Notes under the pieces: generated by a model
Seen by the model: only the letters and a program-made list of their open reading frames with translations
Told to the model about the DNA's origin: nothing
Database searches by the model: none
Source: Takakia lepidozioides
Taxonomy: Eukaryota; Plantae; Bryophyta
NCBI GenBank assembly: GCA_030704615.1
Contig: CM060732.1
Location: forward strand, 5,704,001 to 5,768,000
Length of the DNA: 64,000 bases
Reading direction: 5' to 3'
Shown: positions 22,832-34,159 of the stretch, piece after piece
How the letters are laid out: every line of letters begins with the position of its first letter
Position numbering within the stretch: position 1 is the stretch's first letter
Position numbers and translations under genes: made by a program

Positions 22832-24612
22832 TCTGAGAGCTGTGTGAGAGTGTGTGGAGAAAGAGAACGGGATAGTACAGAAAGAGACACAATTCAAAAC
22901 TCCCTCGAGGCAGAAATGACAGCATAGCGATGAAGTAAGACAGGATCGGCATGCAGCAATAACAATAACAACAATTTGAAGTAATCATGCTCACGCCGAA
23001 ATCGCTCGGGAGGAGAATTGGATAGGAGAGGACAGCTGTGGCACCCTGCGATCCACAGGATTTCAGCTTCGATACAGCCCCCTACTTGCTAGCTTGGGTT
23101 TTCTTTGTCATTTTTGTCACCTATATTCTCTCTCTCTCTCTCCCATCCGAGGGCAAGTGCTTTACTTACACTGCGTGGAAGGCTCATATTTTCTTTTCCG
23201 TCATTTTCATTTGCTTCAGTCTCTTGCCCAGGTCAATAACTAATTGCAAATCCTGTATCGTGGAGGTCATTGTGTAGATTAATGCCCTCAACATAACAGA
23301 GGATAATAATCAGCAGTGGAAGCTCCCAGAAACATCGCTTCCCCATGAAAGATTCAACCAAAACTAGCAGCGTGACAAATCATGCATGTTTCTTGTCTTT
23401 GTTTCATTGCAACAAGCATTTGAACAGGAAGGGGAGGGCCTGTGGTAAGGTATGGTTGAGCTTCTCAGCCAAAGTCCTGCCAAAATTGTTCTTAGAATAC
23501 CTCTGACAAATTCTAGGATCAATACATTCCCATAGAAGACAGAACATGGAAGGTTGGGAAATCCACAGACCCCTTATCTTGTGCACCAAGCCAAGCGAAA
23601 GAAAAATTGAATGTTGCTGTGGTGAACTGTGGACAGAGACATAAACACCTATCCAGTGAGACAACACTGCGCTTTAGAGCACAAGATTTTCAAGCAATTC
23701 CATATTGTTCTTTGATAGCAGAAGGAACGACATCCAGCCCATCACATCCAACCAAGCCAACAGAAACAAAGAGGTGGCCACTGAATCTGACAGTCGTATG
23801 GCATGAATTCCTCATCGATGCAATCTGGACAGCCAAACCAGTTGAACTCTCCTTCTTATTGCAGACTGTGGTCAAGTTACCCATGTCAGATCAACCCCAC
23901 TGGTTTGGCAGAGCTTCTTCTCATCAATATGCCGATGCCCCCTCATGCTTGAGCAACAATGAAGGAGGAAAGTGTAAGGGGTATAGCCCACTATCTTTTT
24001 TCTCAAAGAACTTGGGATACCACAGAGCAGGCCAAAACAAGGCCACATCTAATTCATGTTAGAGAACCTGCTGGAGGAATTTGACAAATCTCCTACAAAT
24101 TGACAGTATGAAGTCAAGGACTAGACGCAGTTGGCCAAGAGCAACTTAATAGTGTTGTCTTCAGATCAAATCAAGGTTAATCTATGTTTGAGCCGAATGA
24201 CTGGACTGCCACTCCCACAAGAGTGTAATAGTGTCCGAAAGTGACCAAAACCATGTGTCAATTCCTTCCAGCCTTTGAAAGTGCTATACTCAAGATCATG
24301 TTTCCTTTGCTCTGAATTTAACAGGATCAGGTCATATGGCATAACAAACTAACAGTTCATAGTTAGTACAGATGGATTAATAAAGCTGTCATCTAGTACC
24401 CTTCCAAAATCTTCAGTTAAGTTGCATATGGTAAATGGTATGGAGGAGTCTAAGCTACAGTGTCAGTGAATGACCTGTGAGACTGCCCTCATTACCACTG
24501 GTATTGAGGAGGGATTTTTAGCCTTATTGACTTAGAATGCAAAACCAAAAATGGAAGTCTCTTAAGAAGTGACCTCGGACCTTTGCATGAGCATGCATTG
24601 CATGCAAACAAA

Positions 24613-26214
24613 TCAGCGGGGGAGCAATGAGTTGAGATTAGCTACGGAGTAAGCCCAGACCGCCAGCGCAGCTGCGCAGTGTTGCAGTTGCTGAGGGGAC
24701 AGCTTGTCCACTGTGTCCGCCGCTGTGTGGTGGTACCTGCACACCCACAAAATGATCTCAGTCTGGTGCTGATTATGTTCTTCGATGTTTGGAGGAAAAA
24801 ATCAATCTGCAGGATGGTCAATATACAATTGTCGGAAGGGAAAGTAGTATTTTGGGCAGTACCAGAAGTAGGCACTCCTGCCAAAATCAAATTCAGGATA
24901 GGGCTCATGGCTGAAGCCTCTGCAGGGATTGTTAGGCTGGTCTCCAATTCTTGGGTCCAATGTGTTAAGATTCCCTCCAGGGACTCCTTGTTCACACATA
25001 TAGGAGATGTCTTCACCAACACCAGCTCCAGAGATATTGCCAGCACCAATGCCTGCCAGCAATTCGTCCCCCATGGACTGGAGGATGGCTCGGGCTGCCT
25101 TGGAGCCTTGGAAGGAAATGCCCATTGGAGTGAATGTGCCTTCGTCCGACTCTATGGCAATACTGGTTGCGTTGAGCTCGTGCTGGTGATCTCGAGCATA
25201 CTGTATCCCCCCCCGACTGCCATTCTCCTCATTCACGAACAACACCGCCCGCACTGTCCGCTTTGGCTTAAGACCCAGCGTGTGCAAGAGGCGCACTGCC
25301 TCCCATGAGACAAAAGCACCACCCCCATCATCCATCGCACCGTCTGCAATGTCCCAGCTATCCATGTGGCCGCCGACGATCACAAACTCCTTGGGCTCCT
25401 CGCTCCCTTCAATCTCCACTAACAAGTTACGGGATTGCTGATCAGGCACCACGTGCGCCTCCATGTAGAGCTCAATAACAACGTCCTGACCGCGGGTCTG
25501 CATTCGAGAGAACATGAGCGCATCTTCCAGCGTTATGGCCGCTGCCGGTATGTCAGAGTCTCCCATTGCTCCCGTGTGCACGGTCTGCATCCCATAAGGA
25601 GCGATGGAGCGCACGAGGGCAGCCACAGCACCATGCTTCTGTGCTCGAGCACCCGCAGAATATCGATAGTCCACTGTTGCAGAATACGACTCAAACTTGG
25701 CATTGAATACCACAATCTTTCCTTTTGCCTCCCCACTGTGTTTCTCCAGATCATCAAACGAAGAAACCACCAGCACTTTCGCAATGATGGGCTTGCCCTC
25801 TGGAGTGGCCACACTGCCCCCAAGGCCGGCCATGCGTACGCTTTTGACGCGGGGAGACAGGAGAGTAGCATACTCATGGCCCCGCACCCAAGACGGAATT
25901 TTCACGGGTTCTTCCCGCACTATGAGCCCATCCTTCTCAGCCTCCTCCTTCACCCAATCCAGGGCCCTCTCGAGTGCAGTGGAGCCACTGATGCGCGGTC
26001 CAAAAGTGTCGGTCAAGAAGGCCAAACGTTCGTATACTATGCTCGTGGAGAAGGCAGTGTTGATGATAAGGTCAGCATCCTCCTTTGCCTTACTAGACTC
26101 CACAGCCACCCATCCCGGGGCTGGCATTTCCAATCCAGAGCTGCATGACCCCACCAGGAATCGCAAGCAGAGCAACAGCACGGCCACCAGCAAATCTCTC
26201 ATCATTTGCAACAT
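24613..26214 (-). CDS. Secreted M28 metallopeptidase, carboxypeptidase Q (PGCP)-like; exons 26214-24863 and 24736-24613
   Basis: Hydrophobic signal peptide. TDTFGPRISGS and PA-like insert. Zinc/catalytic motifs GGHMDSWD, GAMDDGGG, VNEENG, IESDEG. Splicing a 126-nt GT-AG intron gives YFWYHHTAADTVDKL...LLPR*. Confidence 0.92.
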
Positions 26215-27399
26215 TCAAACCACAATGCAAAATCCTGGTTGAGAGAAGCTTTCGGGAATCCAAGATCATCACCCCCTTCAAATTTGAGCACCCAAGGTCA
26301 TTGCACCCACTTGACCCAGGCTGTGGGGATCAGCCTCAACTTTTTGCGCTCCCTTCCTCACCTGAATCTTTGCACGCTGTCCTTTGCAACGACATTCATT
26401 TCATCGTTGCTCAGCCCTTGTGACATGCATCCCATAGCCATCTACTCTCATGTGTCTGAATACTAGAGCTCGGAGTTCGATCGTTTCTCGCTGTCACTGA
26501 TGCAAAGCTTGCCCACACCCAGTCTGCGGGGCGAGGACTGTACATCTAAATCCGAGCAGTCTTGAGGTATAACTGAACTGAAATGACACACTACGACGTT
26601 AGGGTAAGGCCTCTGCCCCAGGGCGTTCAACAAGCAGCCCATAAAAAAGAACTACCCAGTTATAAGGTCCCAATTGACATTTCTATTGAATAGTAGATGG
26701 CAGAAAGACTCTCTCTACAAATATAAACAGTTTAAAGAGTTACAAAAAGCTGCAGCATAGTACAGTATTTGCAAAAATAGAGCATAGGAGTGAAGCACAT
26801 ATCTAAATTACCATACAACAAAGGACAATGATTGTAAAAGTGCAGCTGAACAGCGAAGCACATATCTAAAATGCGGGTTTTGGATTGTAGAGAGAAATTT
26901 CAAGAGTAAGATGAGTGTGTGTTGAACATGTACAATAATAAATCTCTCCGGCCTCACTCACTGCACACCCGAGCCCGAGCCCCAACCATTGCCTAATCCG
27001 AAGTGACTCATTCACAAATCCTAAACGCTGGCTCCCTGCAAACTATCCCACTAGCCCCACTGCGTTTGACATTCACCAGGCTTCACCAACCCCAAACGTT
27101 GCACTATCCCACTGGGCTCCACCTTCAGGAGCCATTTTGCCATCCCACTAGGCTCGACTGTGCAGCCCTGCTTCAGTAGCCCGTGAATTTGTGTTTACAA
27201 TAGTTCTAGAACTAAGGCGCCACCTCAGCATGTGAGGCCCACCGCCTCATCTTGCTTATGGAAAGCTCAAAGACTACAAACGGGGTCCACCCTCCTACTT
27301 CTATGCTAGCTTTTACGTGGCCTCTATTCCTTCTTTCTCGTTTTACTTGACACCTCACAAGTCAAATTACCCCTATCCACACCCCTTTTTGCGCCATCC

Positions 27400-30300
27400 C
27401 ATTCGTTCGACCCTTCATCTCTTACCGAAGACGGGGTCCATCGTTTGAAGTCTCATGACTACCACAATATATTGCAGACATCTTGCCACTTGCAATATGT
27501 GGGACATTGACTACCGAGGTTTGCGAAGCAATCTATAGATTGGGAGCCTTATTCCGGTGGATTTGCTCCAAAGAGATGGGTGAAGCGGATTTTCCACGCA
27601 TGAAGGTGGAGGCAGCGGTGGTAATGTGTATGTTAGAGATGCACCTTTCTCCCTCCTTCTTTGGCACTTAGTGGAAGAGGCTTCAATTGTCAGCCCTATT
27701 CATTCTCAGTGGATATAATTCATTGAGCGTTATATGAAGAAAGTTGAAAGCACATGTAAGACAAATGGCGCACTCAGAGGGTAGCATGGGGGAGGGGGTA
27801 TACATTGTACGAAGCTATGTTCTATTGCATATTGTTCTATTGTTATTACATGGCAAGGGTGGATAAGGAAACACATCGGATATGGAAGGAAGACGAGGAT
27901 GTACAAACCAATGACATCGTTTTATCCAAGAATTTGAAGAGGATAAAACAACAGAGCATGGTGATTGAGCAAGCGCATGAGTTCATACTAAAGAATAGCC
28001 CATCTATACATGAGTGGGAGGCAAGATACAATAACCTTTTGAAGCGACGGGAGAAGAAGATTTCAGCATGGAGGCGCAATCATGCAAGGGAGGCTACAAC
28101 AATATGAGGTAGGGGTCTGAGTGTTTCTTCCAGAGATTTACCCATGGAATTGCAGCCTTTACGGTCATTTCGCCATTGGCTTCGAGATGGAATCGAAGAT
28201 ATAATTGCTCAAGGTGAGGTGGTTCCTGATTTGGTGCAAGACATTGCAAGGGACCCCTCTCAATTTTCTCTCTCATACACTTCAGTTTGCAGGGTCCACG
28301 GTCGTCATTTCCGTATTTGTGCTCTTGACATGAAGCGCAAAACAACCTTTGATTCCGGCTTGTGTGCAACATATTGGCAAGATTCCGTGTCAAGCACGAA
28401 AGACACAAGACTTATGCGGAGCAAACTTAAGTACATTGGAGAGCTTGAGAACATATTTCAACTTCAGTATACAAAGTATCAACCTCTTCTCTTCAAGGGA
28501 AGGTGGTTCCAACCACATCTTGTGGGGCCTTGTGCAACACTAAGGTAGAAACACCTAAAATGGAGGACATCCCAAAACGGACCCCTAGAAAAATACATAA
28601 AACTAACCATATGTCATCTCTAAAAGGTGCTTTGATCACAAGTGGTCCAAATTAGGTCATGTGGTGGGCCACAATGGAACTCCAATGAACCCTTTTAACT
28701 CATACATGATCATGATGACACCACTTAATGTACAAGTTAATAACCACCGGTGTGCACTTTGAGAGCAGTATCAAGTCATGAATGAGTTGAGAACGATCCA
28801 GGATTAAGTTTCATCCAAATGGACCTTGAGCTCAGTTTTCTTTAAGGTGGGAGGTTACTTTAAGGTCAATAAATAGTTATGTTAGTTGATGGTCCATGTT
28901 ACTATGTTGTTTAATCAGTAAAGTGAAAGAGGAGGCACACTCTTTGGGCACCTTTGGCTCCACACAGAGTGCACTTGCTGTTCAAAATAGTACCCTTTAC
29001 TGGTCCATACAAGGTTATTCCATGATTTCACATTGAATATTCACCAATATTACAAGATAATTCGGAAAATATTTATCTTTTTTGCATTAAATTTCATTTA
29101 TTTGTGCCCACATCAGAAAAATATATACGACGACACTGCACACCTGAAACTGCACACATTTCTTAAATGATCCATTTTAGGTGTTTCTACCTTAGTCCAA
29201 GATGAGTGTGGTTTCATGCACGTCAATGCGGACAAGCTCATGTCTACAATTTTGTATGTCTGATGAGCCTTTTGCGTGACCTTCAGACATAGAGCAAGCA
29301 TTTTTTTCCCAAGACAAAACAAGATCAGGAAATTGGAAAGTGGTTGTGCATGCCCAGCCAAGAGGAAGACGTATCTATCATGGTCACGGAGCTACATGGG
29401 GTGAGCCAAATGCGGAAGAGGAAGAGACTGATCATGATGATGAGCCCGATGCCAATGATGATGTTGGAGGATGGTTAGAGGAAATAGATGACAATGATGA
29501 TGCCTCAGCCAATTTTAACCGTAGATATGAAGGGGAGTCTGATGTTGGAGAAGGAGATGAAGACATGGGTGCCACCGACTATGAGATGGAAGATGCAAGT
29601 GATACCCCTCATGGCGGCCCAATAATGAATCAGATTCACATGAACCTTTAATTGCAAACGCGCCCATTAGTGAAGATGACTCTGGTAACCAGCAAGATTT
29701 GCAACTTGATGAGGATGAAGAACCACCGGATGAATGATCATAAATATTTATGCCCTCACAATGTACTTGACATTAATTGTATATCTCTTCTTTGTTATAG
29801 AGAACTCTCAAACTCTATCTCAATTGTTAATGTTTTTGTAAAGTGATTTATCTAGCTCTCCCCCTCCCCCATCCAACTAATATGCCATGTAGTCACTAGC
29901 TATGCCGCTCACGAGGACCTCCCTTTTTTACCTCCCTATCATTTTCCCGGCACCTACATTTCTAGCATCTCTCCCTTTATCCATGTTCATTGATCCCCCC
30001 TACCTTCTTCCATTAGTTTCCCAGTACTCCAGGCCCCAGCCGATCAACTTCAAATCCTCCCTCCCTCCCCCAAAAAAACTGATGCCTCACCTAGCGACCC
30101 CCAGGTGACGCTAAGGGCGGCAGAGCGTCGCAGTTACCAGAGCGACGCCACGGCGTCGTCTAACCCAAAACGCCGTTGGCAGTTTGCGATGCCCAGGCGT
30201 CGCAAGAACCCCAGACATGACTCTGATGTAGTGCAGCTGATGTAGTGTATACTGAGTAAGAGATTATAAATTCAGACAAAAGGAGCAGCAATCATCACAG

Positions 30301-30571
30301 GCAAGGCGATGGCTGGTGCGACGTCCGGACGTCGCGGCAACATTCAAAAAATTTAAAAAAGAAAAATCGCCACATGTTGCGACGTTGTGGCGTCGCATAA
30401 GGCAGCCGGCGGTGCAGGTCGACGTTGCGCCGTCGCAACCGCGACCACTCCAGCCACCCGCACACTTCTTGCGACGGACGGGCGTTGCAGATCATCCCGC
30501 GATGCCTCCGTTGTGGGCTGTTTGGGGCCACGACGGACGGGCGTCGTTAAGGCCCCTCTTTTGCAGTAGTG
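27400..30571 (+). mobile_element. CACTA (En/Spm) transposon right half: transposase remnant, CG-rich subterminal repeats and terminal ...GCAGTAGTG
   Basis: LKSHDYHNIL, LFRWICSKE, MLEMHLSPSFF, IERYMK (DUF4218-like). FDSG, YIGELENIFQLQY...PLLFKGRWF...DECGFMHVN (DUF4216-like). GCGACG/CGTCGC repeats at 30090-30550. The terminus reverse-complements to CACTACTGCAAAAGAGGGGCCTT. Confidence 0.85.
28543..29192 (+). mobile_element. 650-bp MITE, perfect 22-bp TIR, TA TSD, related to the pogo element at 14786-18078
   Basis: TA|AGGTAGAAACACCTAAAATGGA ... TCCATTTTAGGTGTTTCTACCT|TA. Removing it restores the CACTA frame (CATL-VQDECGF). The 3' ~320 bp aligns by eye with 17760-18078. Confidence 0.95.
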
Positions 30572-30880
30572 TCCTCATACATTTCAAGAGTATCCCTACC
30601 ACATCCAAACTTGGACGTATATCCTCCGATCATCGCACCCCATGAGACCACATTTGGTTGAGCCGAAGTGTCAAACACTTCACTTGCATCCTTCATGCTT
30701 CCGCATGTAGCATACATATCAACAAGGGCAGTCTCCACATTCTTACATGATGCAATTCCAGCTTTGATGATGCCAACATAAATGTTTTTGCCTTCTTCAA
30801 GTGCTCCAAGGTTGGCACATGCATTGAAAACAGAAATGAAGGTGATTTTTTCTGGCATCACGCTAGCCCATTGCATTTTC
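30572..30880 (-). pseudogene. PLS-class pentatricopeptide repeat fragment (L-S-P motifs)
   Basis: PEKITFISVFNACANLGALEEGK, NVETALVDMYATCGSMKDASEVFD, PNVVSWGAMIGGY. Both ends abut TEs. Confidence 0.9.
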
Positions 30881-33700
30881 TTTATCAGGGGCTGTCATCG
30901 CTTCTTCACAGGTAGCAGGTTCTGTCAGTAAGGTTTCTCTTATCATGGCTTCAACGGCTATCATTGACGTGGCTTCATCCTCCTCTTCATCTTCAAGAGT
31001 ATGATATACTCCATCTTCAACCATAGGGAGATTTTCACATTCTTCTAATTCAAATTCCATTGAAATCTTGAGCATTAGGTGTTTTATCAGTAGACTGGAA
31101 GCTTGTCTCTTGACAGGATTCTTCTCCCACTCTTGGAAAAGTTGTACTTGTTTCATCAAAGACTACATCCCTACTGCTCTTGTAGGAGTTCTATTTTGAA
31201 GGTAGGTTGTAGTTCCCACTACTTCTGCCCAAAAGTAATTAGGCAGGTTAGCCTACTTGAGCATGCTCCTAGCACACTCTTGTGGAGACATGTTCTTCCG
31301 CTCTAACACCGTTTTATTCAGGTGTGTAGAGGACCGTTAATTGTCTCACTATACCGAAATATTTACAGAATTGATTGAAGGCATTTGAAATATACTCCCC
31401 TCCATTATCTGACCGTAGAGTTTTGAGGGTTTTCGGCCCCGTCTGTTTCTCTGTAAGAACCTCTTACTCTTTAAATTTGTGTAGTACTTGGTTTTTCTGT
31501 TTCAGAAAGTTGACTGTGGTTCTTCTTGAGACATCATCGATGAAGGTGACAAAATAGATGGCTCCCCGGAGCGACTTTGTCTGCATAGGGCCGCACACGG
31601 CTGAGTGCACAACCTCCAATAGACTCTCTACACATTGACCTCCATACTTTTGGAATTGTTGTCCGTGTTGTTTACCAAACTATTTCAGTTTCTAAGTGCT
31701 AACATGTCCTAGCCTTCTATGCTATAGTTTTGTTTCTGTCAACATAGTCCTCTCAGATTCTGTAGTAAGAGATCTCTTAACTGTACAAAAAATCTATAAC
31801 TTATATAGATTATTTTCCAGTATGGCATTTGCCACTACATTTCCTTGCTCATTTGAAATGACACATCGACTGTTCTGGAATAACACCTTATAACCAACTA
31901 CTACGATCCTTCTCACAGAAAGAAGGTTTTAGGTTGGGGGGAAATATGTAAGACATCTTCTATCTCTCTCATCTCATCCTTGTCTATCATGACTGACACA
32001 GTGCCCTCTCCACTAATAGGATGTTTACTGTCGTCACCTAAATATAACACATATGGAGTATGAGAAATAGTTCTGTATGTAAGAAAATTATCCTCGTCTG
32101 GGGTCCTATGTTGTCACGCCCCGGAGTCTATATACCATATGTCACTTTGACTATAAGATGTTAGAAGAGAGACTACATTAAATAACACAACATTATCCTT
32201 CCTAGTCATTTTTCTAATAGCTACTGTTGCTTGTGAATATTTACTGTCTCCATTTTGCTTTTCCTTCACTATTCGTTTTTTGCAGTCCTTGATCATATGA
32301 CCTAGTTTCTTGTAGTAGAAGCACTTTATTTTAGGCTTCATTTTATATCCAGACTCACTAGATTCTCCGAACTCTTGTTTTTTAGAGGACTTCCAAGCCT
32401 TTTTTTTATTACCAAACTTTCCAGAGAATATTGCATTATCTACTCCTGCAGATGTTTGGCATTTCCTTCTTATTTCCTCTTTGAGTAGTAGTCCTACGAT
32501 AGGTTTTTTTGCCCTATTAATGACACTACAAACCCATCATAAGATTCTGGTTATGAACCAAGCGACAAAATTGTTGTATGCTCGTCTGAAATTGAAGTTC
32601 ATATTGTTTCTAGCTGTCTTTTTAAGACATTGAAGGAATTTAAGTGTAATTCTACTTTCTGTTTCACTCATTTTTAGACTATAAAAATGAATAGGTGCAA
32701 ACACATTTGACGTGACGTCTTTGGTCTCAAATATTATGGCCAACTTGTCCCAAATTGCCATTAAGTGGTAGCACCTAGTTACCAAGTGCATTTGATTAAT
32801 TTCTCTTAGACTTGTTATATATGACGTGCTCTAGCTCTTTGATTTTTCATGTACCATGTAGGTGGGTACTAGCAGGATTGGGTGTCTCAAAAGCGGCAGA
32901 TGTTGAGTCCATGGAAAAAAAAACAAAAATCATCTTGTATTTTTATTTTATTTTAAAAACAATAGATAGTAGTATACCTAACATTTTTAGTAAAGAGTCC
33001 CAACCCAAATATTGAAGGCATTGTTTACTAGATATTTTAATATTTAATTTGAAAATATCAAAACTTAGAGTTTACAACCACTTGTCCATATACCACCTGA
33101 CACCTCTAGATTATAGGTTTGTATGTTTTTTTTATTAAAAGATGACATCCCAAAAATCCAAAACATAAAATGTTATGGATAATTTATTTTTTTAGGTATA
33201 AAATAGTCTATAGCTCTCAATACCTAAGGTAACTAGTCCATATAAAAATGGATTTGGATTGGTTTTTAAAATGGCACCCTTAGTATGTTTTCCATTCTGC
33301 CATTATATGAGTGTAGATGATGTTTTTTTAGTCCATAAGATTTCATATGTAACACCTGCAGTCCATATTAATCAATTTAAAAGTCCATAACTCTTTGGTA
33401 CATGATTGTTTTTGTAATCTAACAGTTGGTACACATACCTTTTGTAATTAGAAACCCTACACCATATAAACTTAGATGAAATATTGGGTTGTTGGACAAA
33501 TATGGGTAAAACCATAGAGGGATGTCACTGCAGAAACTACATGTTACGCAAAAACTGAGATACCCAATCCTGCAAATATTCAGGGTGAACATAGGTTGCG
33601 GCTGGCTTACTAGAGTGTCGTCAATTACTGACCGTAAATCTTTGTCTAGGAGGATCATCTGGATATCCGAGATTTCCAAGTATGGTAATTAGTCTCATCA
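30881..33700 (-). mobile_element. Ty1/copia remnant (gag, zinc knuckle, protease, integrase; RT absent)
   Basis: [80 protein letters not shown]. Confidence 0.9.
32873..33572. mobile_element. 700-bp non-coding TIR element inserted in copia gag
   Basis: CAGGATTGGGTGTCTCA ... TGAGATACCCAATCCTG (16/17 match). AT-rich interior. Removing it rejoins the gag frame. Confidence 0.8.
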
Positions 33701-34159
33701 AACCTATCTTCCACTCTAGCATCTAACGTGTTAAAGTTAGATCCTTGGTTGCCTGAACCTGAAGGAGGTGATGATGTCATGAAAGTCTACTCTCACCAAT
33801 TACAGGAGATGGATTCTCTCATTGGATTCTCTCTCCATATTGTAATTATGTAGCTGAATGTTTGTATGGATGAAAGATCCTCAAATATTGAAAGACTTGA
33901 AAATTACAATGTTTCCCCAATGTTTCATGCCAGTGCTGACAAAATTCTTCGCACCTTAGTTTATAAGATGTTGATGTAAACTCAAAACTATCATCAACGA
34001 TTCTATTGCAATAAAAATGAAGAAGCTACCTTCAGCCAAAGTCGGCATAAACAAATATCACTTCATCATTCGGCTACGGCCTTTTATTGCAGATGCGTCA
34101 TCTCAAATCCCCTACAATAAAAGTAGAAATGTCGTTGTCCACTTTTAACGAATACAATG

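Noticed and set aside
24679-26242. Plus-strand ORFs (209, 237, 181 aa) opposite the peptidase
   Set aside because: Antisense shadows of a GC-rich CDS; no motifs.
26589-26600. CACTACGACG as left end of the CACTA element ending at 30571
   Set aside because: Matches only 6 bp of the TIR, has no subterminal array, and the 3-bp flanks differ (ACA vs TCC).
27040-27165. Three ATCCCACT(A/G)G motifs
   Set aside because: Short and degenerate; no supportable function.
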